Positions 1-10,224 of a DNA stretch of 64,000 bases are shown one piece after another (positions within the stretch are counted from its first letter, which is position 1; every line of letters starts with the position of its first letter). Origin of the DNA: Macrostomum hystrix (Eukaryota; Animalia; Platyhelminthes); the NCBI GenBank assembly GCA_950097015.1, contig CATNEN010000039.1, positions 992,001 to 1,056,000 of the forward strand, in the 5' to 3' direction. Below the pieces are notes generated by a model. It worked only from the letters and a program-made list of their open reading frames with translations. It was not told the DNA's origin and did no database searches. The position numbers and the translations under genes are program-made.

Positions 1-600
1 TCAGGGCTGACTCTAAGCGCACGATTGTGTATGAAGGCCTGCGCGCAGGCGAATTTGGCATGGCGTGCTGTGACAGCAAGAGAAGTTGCTGAGCAGTGAG
101 CACCCTCTGAGAGCTACTCTCTGAGCTGCAAGCGGTCGAAGCGAGCCGACCTCCAATCCAGCGTCACTGGGGAAGCGCTCGCGTCCAATCCTATTGAGCC
201 GCGACTTGAAGCTGTGGCATAGCTGCTGCAGCTCTACTGGATTATATGAAGCTAGCTAGCATATCATAGGCAAGTAGCGCATTAGTATGAGCAGCCAGCT
301 TAGATGAAAGTAAAGCAATCCAGTATATCATTTTACTCGTTTCGCCTCGCAATACTAATTCAGCACATAGCACTGCTTATAAACTGCTCGTATCTACGAG
401 TAAATAAATTAACTGAAACACTAATGCAAGCCTTTGAGCAAGAAGCCCACGTGATTACCGAACATCTCAAGATTTTTTGTTTCCACTAATTACAGTTCGT
501 CGATTAATCGATGCATTCTTAGAACTTTTGATCATCATCGTTTCAACGAGTATTTCTGTTCCCTTATAAAAACAGTTATGCATAGTTTGATGCATGGATT

Positions 601-604
601 GATG

Positions 605-642
<38 letters not shown>

Positions 643-643
643 G

Positions 644-720
<77 letters not shown>

Positions 721-810
721 GATAAATAGATAAATATATAGATATTTATAGATAGATAGATAGATAGATAGATAAATAAATAGATAGATAGATAGATAGA
801 TAGATAGATG

Positions 811-841
<31 letters not shown>

Positions 842-864
842 GATAGATGGATAGATAGATAGAT
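601..864. repeat. (GATA)n microsatellite
   Basis: About 65 GATA units with occasional GAAA/GATG-type interruptions. Explains spurious ORF 535..891. Confidence 0.97.
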
Positions 865-887
865 TTCCGCTTTCAAGAGTCCCGCTG

Positions 888-1511
888 TCATTTGGTTTCC
901 AGTCGAATCAGCGGGACTCCGTTTGCCAAGTTACAAGCAGCGGCCGCTGAAGCGCAGGGGCAGCTGAGGCTTTTCCTCAGTTGTCTCATCCTGTTCGGCA
1001 GCTGCGGAAGCTGCGAAGGGACTCGGTGAGTCACCAGTGCCGGCTGAAGTCGTGCGTTGAATTCATTGCAAACTATGTCATCAGGTTGCTCTTGTGGTTG
1101 AGTCGCCACTGCACTGACCTGCGCTTGAGTCAGCTGCCGATGTTGCTCTTGGGATTGCACCGAGGTTTCAATTGCAATAGTTTCATTGTTCTCAACGGCG
1201 ACAGTAACTGAATCTGTAGCGGCAGCTTCGGAACTGCACATACGGCAGTATCCCGTGTGGCCATCAAGCAGAATGACCAAAACAACAATCACGATGGCTG
1301 ATAGGATGCCGATTTCCACTAGAGCCAGGGGCTTGTCCGCAAATGACTCTGTTGTGGGAGCTGCAGCTGTGACGGCCGTATGCAGGGGGGTTACGCACGG
1401 AGGCCGAGCGTCAGAATCAGTTGACACATTTTCTGGGATTGCTTCGGTATTGCAGTACTGCAAAGAATACTCAGCTAAGAAGATGGCGATGCTCAGGCTC
1501 CAAGGTGGCAT
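888..1511 (-). CDS. Putative orphan single-pass membrane protein (207 aa)
   Basis: ATG-initiated ORF with a hydrophobic N-terminus, a T/A-rich stalk and one TM-like segment (LALVEIGILSAIVIVVLVILL). No family recognised. Confidence 0.35.
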   Translation of the reverse strand: MPPWSLSIAIFLAEYSLQYCNTEAIPENVSTDSDARPPCVTPLHTAVTAAAPTTESFADKPLALVEIGILSAIVIVVLVILLDGHTGYCRMCSSEAAATDSVTVAVENNETIAIETSVQSQEQHRQLTQAQVSAVATQPQEQPDDIVCNEFNARLQPALVTHRVPSQLPQLPNRMRQLRKSLSCPCASAAAACNLANGVPLIRLETK

Positions 1512-2301
1512 GCCGACTGCAGCACTGTAGTTGGCAGATGTGGCAGACGTTCAAACAGTTTCGTATTCCTAAATACTAGCTGCGTTCGGCTCTTTAACGA
1601 GTGTTTTTATAAGCAATTAGAGAAGAAAAATTATACATGCAGTTATAATTGGATTTGCATGCAGCATTTGCTAAAAACAGATTCTGCACAAGCTTCTATT
1701 TGTTTTATATACGATATAAATTGTATGAAAAATATAATATAAATAAGACTTCAAATAGGCAACCGAGCAATCCTAATCGGGCTGAGCACCTATCCAGGAC
1801 GCCTTTACTCCTGAACTAGTTAATTGATCGATGCTTGCTTCTTCAGGCAGGGGTGCGTCGACTGAAATTCCAGTAGCACGAGGGCACTCCAAATTTAGCA
1901 AAGTGTTGATTTAGCAAAGCTGCCTTGGAGGACCGCCTGTGCTTCGAGGTGGCAGACACCAGCGGTATTATTATTATTACTTCAGATGTCAATGATACGC
2001 TAATGTTTTAAAATTTGCGAACCCTAACTCAAGCACTACCTGGAATAATTTAAATAACATTACTTTCACTCTTACAGAAAATAAACGTTTTAGTGTGCAG
2101 GTCAGCGTAAATAAAGTTATTATTTTGTTAAAGCCTTCAGCTCATTTTTATAATTTAAATCTCGATGTTTCCTTAATTAACGGCTCTTACTACCAAATTC
2201 CGACTACAACAACAATTTTGTTTAATCCAAGTTTAACTCCACTAGGACAACATCAAAGTGAATTTTCATTGGTCTAGTTCTCAAAACACTGTCTGGTAAA
2301 C

Positions 2302-5300
2302 ATGACAAAGAAAATTTATGTCGGTAACCTCCCTCCATCAGTTCGATCCCAGGATGTAAAGGACTTGTTTAAAAAGTATGGCCACATTGCCACTTTAGAT
2401 TTAAAGAATAGTCGAGGTCCGCCATTTGCCTTCATTGAGTTCGAAGATGATCGGTAAGCTTTGAAGTGTGCCAGTTTTGAAATTCTAATTGTAAAAAGTT
2501 TTTTGAAACTAGAAATATCATGGACTAGGACAAGCTTGCCCTATCAAGTACTCTGTCAATGATGCAAAATGTTCAATGCATCAATGCTGTGATGAAAAAT
2601 GTGAGTCCACGATTTTCCACAGGAGTTTTTTTAACGAGCTTTGCCCACGCAAGTTTTTCCAGTTGGCCCCTGTAGGCAGCTAGCTTTTCCTGCCATGCTT
2701 TTCCTGTCAAGTTTTTCTTTCAACATGCTTGTAAAGTCTGTTTTTGTAATGTAATCATCTATAAGTAGGGTAATGTATCATCAACCGAACAGTGTATCTT
2801 CAAAACCGAACAAGAATTTTGACTCCTTCCTTGGTCTTGTGCAAGACAGAAACAAGCTATTGTGTTTCACAGAACAACTAATTTGAAAGTTGAAGAAATT
2901 ATCTACAAGCTGAGGCATGATGTGCAATGAAGCATTAAGAGGAAAGAAAGATATAGATGTTTCAGTAGAAATTTTTATTGCAAAAGCATACTTTTTAACA
3001 ACATTTTTTCAGCATGTACTTTAGACGAAGATTGTATATGGTTGCTTGCCAATTTAATGACCATAAATGTAGTTATTTATAGAGCATGAAAAATGCTTTC
3101 AAATGACATAATTCATGATAGTTCACTCCTTAAAATAAGATTAAACCACTCACTCAAATTGTAAAACCGAACATCAAATTCTCTGTTTGGTTTGAAGATA
3201 CATGAAAATCATTGTTTGGTTTTAGATTAAAAACACAAATAACTTTTTTTCTATTTGACAAAAAAGCAAAAGCAGATACTTTTTAGAAAGATATAACTGT
3301 TTTCTATAACTTGGCTTTTGATTTATCATCATATCTTAAATAGAAAATCTGTAGCATATGTTTGAAGTTAAAAAAATACACATTCTTGTTTGGTTGATGA
3401 TACATTACCCTATAGTAATGTTATTCACACCTGTCAGCACTAACCAGTTGTAGCTGCTGTTTCGTTTTTAGCCCAATGTTGATTAGAATCTCTACAGCTA
3501 ATCTCTAAATTTATATGACAAAGTCCTTGCTTTTTAGTGAAAGTTTGGATAGCAATAGTTGCATAGTTTGTTGCAGAAAGCTTGAGTTTACTTTTGTAAG
3601 TTTAACTAGCTAGGCCTAGGCCTACTTTATAATTAAATTTATAGTCTAGCTAAATAAGTTTACATTTTACATTTTTATTTTAAGTTAACATTTGTCTTTA
3701 AGAATGTTAGGATGGACTTTAAGATAGTAAGTAATATTTTACATAATTCAGCCAGCCTATTCTAAAGCAATAACATAGCTTATGAAGATTTTATAGGCCT
3801 AGGCCTATTATGTTTAGCTGTTTATAGCTAGCTAGCTAGCTACTAGGCCTGGAAGGCCATAGTAATGTAGTAACCATAAATTAACAAATAGGCAGTGAAT
3901 TTAGCAGGGAAAGATATTGTTACTTATCTAGCTATGAAATATATTTATTTACTGACTATAAAAATGTAATTCATCTAATTTAAATATGCACAATATTTAG
4001 AATTCGGAAAATAATATGAATTTTTTTCTAAGAGTCTTGGCATTGATTTTTCACCTAAAAATCCTAATTTTAAAAAGTGACTTCCTTGTTATGCATCTGG
4101 AAATAGTTTGTCAGTGTAAAATTGATTAAGTTTTATAAAAGAAAATTTTTTAAAGTAAAGAAAATACATGCAGCATTTGCCATATCATTGTTTAAGCAGT
4201 AATTCAGCATTAATGCAGCATTAATGAAAGGAATCTACAAAAAAATCCAGGAATGAGCTATTTAACACCAGCTTCAGACATGTCATTGAAATGATATTCC
4301 TAATATCTCTCGCCCAAACTAGTGATGCCGAAGATGCTGTGCGTGGTCGTGATGGCTACAATCTGGACGGCTACAGCATCCGTGTTGAATTTCCTCGCTT
4401 TGGCGATGGCTTCAAGCCGCGCGGCGGTGGCAGCAGTGGCGGAGCTGTAGGCGGCCGTGGTGGTGGTGGCTCGTCAAGGCGCGGCGAGTACCGCGTGACG
4501 GTGACCGGCCTGCCTGCTGGCGCTTCCTGGCAGGACCTCAAGGACCACATGCGCGAGGCCGGCGATGTTGGCTTCGCTGACGTTCGCAATGGCGTGGGCT
4601 TCGTTGAGTTCCTGCGTTATGAGGACATGAAGACCGCCGTGCGGAAGCTGGACGACTCAAAGCTGCGTTCGCACCAGGTAACTGATTTTTACCTGTCCAC
4701 TCTATACAACTCGTTCTTTTTAACAGATATTTCAGCTGTGCTTCCCCCGATCCTTCAGCTGTGCTTCCCCTGATCCTTCAGCTGTGCTCCCCCCGATCCT
4801 TCAGCTGTGCTTCCTCTGATCCTTCAGCTGTGCTCCCCTTGATCCTTCAGCTGTGCTCCCCCTGATCCTTCAGCTGTGCTTCCCCTGATCCTTCAGCTGT
4901 GCTCCCCCCGATCCTTCAGCTGTGCTTCCTCTGATCCTTCAGCTGTGCTTCCTCTGATCCTTCAGCTGTGCTCCCCTTGATCCTTCAGCTGTGCTCCCCC
5001 TGATCCTTCAGCTGTGCTTCCCCTGATCCTTCAGCTGTGCTCCCCCCGATCCTTCAGCTGTGCTTCCTCTGATCCTTCAGCTGTGCTCCCCTTGATCCTT
5101 CAGCTGTGCTCCCCCTGATCCTTCAGCTGTGCTCCCCCTGATCCTTCAGCTGTGCTCCCCCTGATCCTTCAGCTGTGCTCCCTTGGTCCTTCGGCTGTTA
5201 TTCTTAATCCCTATTGTCTCTCTCCAGGGAGAATCCGCCTACATCCGCGTCAAGGAAGAGCGCGGCGGCGGCGGCGGCGGCGGAGGCGGTCGCTCGCCGT

Positions 5301-5437
5301 CTCGCTCCCTGTCCAGGTCCCGCTCTCGGTCCCGGTCCCGGTCTCGCTCGCGCTCGCCGCCGCCGCGTCGCCGTGCCTCGCCGACCTACTCACCGATGCG
5401 CAACGGCTCGCGCTCGCGTTCTCGCAGCCGCAGCTGA
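2302..5437 (+). CDS. SRSF1: Serine/arginine-rich splicing factor 1 (SF2/ASF)-like, 3 coding exons
   Basis: Exons 2302-2453 ([11 protein letters not shown]...[15 protein letters not shown]1), 4323-4677 ([12 protein letters not shown]...[15 protein letters not shown], pseudo-RRM2) and 5228-5437 (GESAYIRV plus RS domain). GT-AG junctions with consistent phases 2 and 0. Confidence 0.95.
2768..3410. mobile_element. MITE with 24-bp TIRs and TA target duplication (Tc1/mariner superfamily) in SRSF1 intron 1
   Basis: TA|GGGTAATGTATCATCAACCGAACA ... TGTTTGGTTGATGATACATTACCC|TA (1 mismatch). No ORF. Confidence 0.85.
4731..5181. repeat. 23-bp minisatellite in SRSF1 intron 2
   Basis: Unit ~CTGATCCTTCAGCTGTGCTYCCC, about 19 copies. 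Confidence 0.95.
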
Positions 5438-7320
5438 AGTTCAGAGCTGCAGCCGGCACAGATTGGCTATCTGTGCTTGTGTGTGTTAGTTATTCTCAGA
5501 CCCATCTGTATCCCAACAGGTAGGTTTGCAGACTCCCTAACGCAATTTTAACTGATTTTTGTCCCATTGTTTGCGCTTGCACCCACCCTGCCTATCCCAG
5601 TTCGCTGTTGTGCAACCCTATTAGCTGCAGCTTGTCCGATTTGGCTAGTTTTTTGTTGGCTGTAATAAGCTTGATTCTGAAATATTTCTGTCCAGGGTTC
5701 TCAAGTAAGTATGCCAGCTGTGAGTTCATGTCGTACTAACTTTGCGGTTGTCTATGGTTATCTGATTCATAACAGACTAAATTGGGAACCTGCGAGTGTT
5801 TACAAATTGACTGCTTTGCGGTGCAGGTACGAGCATTACGAGCCTATCCATGCCCAACACGCTGCCATCCGCTCGCGCATAGGCCAACAAAAATCACCTG
5901 GGCGTAGCAAAATTTTTAATCCATCTTGTATTGCTAGAAGCCTTACATGCTTAATTGCTGTATTGTCTGACAGTTTTACGTCAGCCGTTTCAAAATTCGT
6001 TCGATTGTTTAATTTTTTATTCGAAGTGTCTTCGCTTATTCAATAACTTTTTCTCTTCTGTTCAGCACTACAGTTTCAGAGCTGATGCGATTTAATTGCC
6101 CAGTAACTTGATCAGTTTCCCCATCCCAATCTCCCTCCTATTCAAGAGACAGCCTCTTGTTTGGATGGAAATGAGTGGAGGACGCAGGCAGGAAGCTCAT
6201 CGAGTGGCACAGAGCAGGAGAACACAGTCGAGCAGTGGTCTGGGAGCTGGGGTCTTGGAGGACAAACACTTGGACCTGTCTGAGCCGTGTGACCCAGCCG
6301 GCTATGCCCATTGTTGGACGGGACTTTTGATGAGTGGACAATATGTGTGGACAGGATGGACGGGACAGGAGACACATGAGGACAGGACTAGGAGCTTGTC
6401 GGTGAGTTGATCATTGAGCATTCTGCATTCAGTTCGTCCGTTGTGTTTTCGTGAATTGAACTTACCTTTCAATCTGAAGTGTGCTCAATGTGGGTCCGAG
6501 CACTGGTATTAACTAAAAGTCTCTCGTATAGCTTAGAGAAACAGAATGAATCTTATGCGCTCCACCACGTGGGCATTTAGTCCTCAATTTGCCTAGATGG
6601 CTTGTATGGCTTCAGCTCGTTTGCAAACAAATAAATTCCAATGAACTGTGCGGCTCGTGCAAGAAAACAGTTAAACTTCAATCGGCAGCTCTTGCAGTGA
6701 AACAAAGCTTTTGAATCTTCTTTGCTGCGTTTTTTGTTCATTTTTGTAATTGCGAGGCTAAATAGAAATGGATTGTTTATAGCTGTTTATAGCAGTAGAA
6801 TCCATCAGATTTTGTGTTATGGTATAAGCCAAGGACTACTTAATACATCAGGACAGGAAACGAGTCAAATCATGGCGAAAAAAAGTACAAGGCTCGTCTG
6901 AATGAATTGTTGTCCCATGATTTCACGGGCCGCACGGCCATTAGAATCGTCAGTGTTTGCCCGCGAATGTAGTCTATGGCATTCTTCAATAAGAGTAGAA
7001 TATTGCAACGAATAATACAAAACATCCGTTCCTGCATGGTGGCAGCTTAGACACGTACAGGTCCACCGCTTCTACTGGACAATTCTGGCCTTGGATAACT
7101 GAACATTCTTATCTGCTTGTCCTTAATGTCAAGGCGCGTTGCGTAGCCCTTGGTTTATGCTGATCGTGCAGTTTTTTAACTTACATTGCTGAAAATCTTG
7201 GGTACTCCGGCGGAAGGAACTCCAATTGCAACACTGCATGCAGTTTGCGATCGCAGGCGACGCAGTTGTTGACGGGCCAACCACAGCATAGCTTTCGATC
7301 TTGCACAGGAGTAGACTGCG

Positions 7321-7995
7321 CTACAGAAAGAACAGAGAAGTCTGACGTAGACAGTGCTGTCGAAAGGCGGCCACTAATCGTTCGAGACAACGCCACTTTC
7401 TTTGTAGTCTCTTATTATAGAGCTCGATGCTTTCGGCTCGCATATGGCCAGTCACAGCTTGAATCTGGGGTACACTGACGCCTGCACGGATGCAGTGGTT
7501 GGTGTGATTCCGGCCAGCAAGATCAGCAAGTTCGCACAGCGTCTTCATGAAGCTGTTTAGCCAGTTCTTTCCTATAGTACGAGATTATTGTGATACCAGT
7601 AGCCACCAGTATTGTACTTATATAATATAATATATTATATTAATAGTACACTAGCACCTACAAGTTCCTTCTCCGTAAGAGCAGCAGACAAGCACGCCTT
7701 AAACGTACGCTCAAACGATTGCAAACTGTTCATTTCCAATGATCTTGAGATCCCTTCTCTCAGAAATGTAGCGATGAATCGACGCTCGGAAGCAAACTAG
7801 AGAACGAACGGCGTAGGATTTGCCATCGGCCATCTTTAGCGACAAAAACCATGGCCTGATGTATGCGCACGGATAACGCACGGGCATACTTTCGATGTTG
7901 TCCGGCAAGTTTTGGTCACGCAAGAATTTCTTCAGTCGGTTCACGTGCACTGCCGTTTGCTTGACGGTCGACTCACGCTTCACTTTATCTTCCAC
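7321..7995 (-). mobile_element. Degenerate Crypton-like tyrosine-recombinase (DUF3504-type) transposon fragment
   Basis: ORF 7711-7995 (STVKQT...LKKFL...DGKSYAVRSLVCFRASIHRYI) and ORF 7321-7548 (TNHCIRA...IQAVTGHMRAESIELY) carry HxxR, GH and Y catalytic motifs. The central part is missing. Confidence 0.7.
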
Positions 7996-10224
7996 ACGTC
8001 GTCAGGCCAAGGCTGCGCAGCCGAGAGTCGTTCACAGTGACGCTGATGTAGTTGGAGTCGAGCTGGCAGCCAGGCGCTGTCGTACAACGATCCTTATCCA
8101 TCAGCATAACTCAGTAAATGCAAAACAAGTTCAAGTCAATTTTATTCTCTAATTCCCTTCTCTTTACTCTTCACTCGCAAGTGTGGGGTGGGCTGGCTGG
8201 GCTGTGCGCGGTGGGGTGGGGTTGCAAGGCACTTTTGGCTTACTAGCCCAACTGGCTGGGCGACCCCACCCCCTCGCGTGCTCTAATTGGTCCAGGCCCA
8301 GCTCGCCCTTTGGTTGGCCCCGTCCACCCCTCTTTCGCAATACCGTATTTAAAGCGCAGCCTTAGAGGGTTGTGCTCTCCAAGGCCGTGTCGTGCCTGAT
8401 GCCTTATTAAAAAACCGTGAAGCTGAAGCCTCGGCCTGGCCAGTTGGCAGTCTGTGTCTGTGTGCCATTTTGGGAATTACGAACCTGGGTTGCAATAACC
8501 TGCCCGTCAATAGCACGTGCTGAAGCAGCGCCCGCTAGCTGCCTCTAGTGATTAAAAGCATCTCTGTTGCTGCTTATGAAATCATTTAATGCTATTTGTT
8601 ATTTATGAGAAACCATCTCCTAAAAGAAGATAACAAGCCTACTAAGGTGAATCGTGCTGTAGAAATAATCGGAGAATGACAAACTAAAGGTGCACATGCA
8701 TGATTTAAAAGTCAGTCTGAATAGAGTCATCAATTTCGTAGTGGTATCGCTGTTGTCCCTTGGCCAATTGTGACTAGACCCTAGATAATAATTCTTCGTT
8801 AGCAAATGGCGCACAGACAGTTTAGCAAATATTCTTTCGTTTGCAAAGATGCATCAGTCGTGCAAGGTGCTTCGTGCACACAGGTAGCTGCGCAGCTCCT
8901 TATAAGGTCAGGGAGAGCAGAAGTCAAAATGTCATACAGCCTGGGCTCAGCAGATTATTTACCGTGCTGCTTCTTCGAAAATGTTTCGAATATAGCGCTA
9001 CCTGTCTCAGTAAAGATTCGATGGACTACAGCGACTTTTGAATTGTAGCTTTCAATTTCCCCCAGCTGCTTGATTATGACAGTAGATGCAAAAGCCTTTG
9101 ATTTAGCTTTTTGAAATCGCTTGTTCAACTGACGGCAACGCTTTCTACACAGTAACATGTTTCCGTATCTGTTTTCGCTACCGGGTTTTCAGCATGGAAA
9201 CGCCGCAAAACTGGAGGATCGCGCTTGAGGATCTCTAATTCCTGTTAGAGAGCTTAGCTCACCTGCGATAGGGCGAGTAAGTCATTCTGTTTTAAAATTC
9301 TGCTCACAGGTCATTTTTCGACGTCGGTTTAAGTCCAGCGGTGGCGTAAACCTGCAAACCGCAGGATAGACGGACTCACAAGGATATCCCCGCCATTTCC
9401 ATAAGCCTAAGGTGCTACTAGCAGCAGTACCAGTAGCACTTGTAGTGCTGCTGGAAAATAAGAACAAAGAGACAGACTTGACAACCATTTGAAGGTAGTT
9501 CTCATGTTGCCCATATTGAAGCAGCCGAATAAATAAACTCTATTAGGTGAAAACAGTCCCTGGGATAACATTCGGCTCCGGCAGAGCTCGCAGGGATGCT
9601 AAAAGCGCCAACAGTTAAAGTATATAAAAAATAATATAAATTATAGTATCAGGCAGATTGTTTTCAAAATTGAAGATATTTCTCGAATTAAAAAATTGAC
9701 GGTAAACAAGCGCACAAATATAATACTCTAAAAACTGTTAATTTACGGATGCAGAATACAGGCCCGTTCGCTTTGGAAGTTCAGGTGTAGAAAAAGTACA
9801 AAACTTGAAAAACGTCACTACAGACCTAGGACCTAGTGAGCTCCCAGGGAGGTGAAAAAGTTCGCGGCGCAACAGCTGGCCTGTGGTCCTCATGGGAAGC
9901 AGGGAAGTAAAAATCTGCTGCAGGGCTGGCCTTCACTGTCAGCTCTGCTATACTCTTTGCTGAGCTGGCGCAAGCCAATGAGAACACTGGTGTTAAATCA
10001 GCTGTTAAACACAGATGTCTAATCACAAAGAGGGACTGATATTATAATGGAGAAACGGAGAAAATGTATATTCCTTCCAGGAACACCATGCCCATTATGA
10101 AAACTATGACAATACGGTGAATTCATGCGCAGGACAGTTGTAGAGCCAATCAGCTCATTTGTAGTCATTTTCAAAAAGTTTTTTACGAAAAGAGTTCCGC
10201 TTTTTTCCGATAGCCAGCCAGCGC

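Noticed and set aside
3608-3850. Short palindromic runs (TAGGCCTAGGCCTA, TAGCTAGCTAGC)
   Set aside because: Low-complexity self-complementary microsatellite-like motifs scattered through the AT-rich introns. No specific structure supportable.
8182-8500. Possible solo LTR (TG start, TATA-like and ATTAAA motifs)
   Set aside because: No convincing CA end, TSD or second copy in the window.
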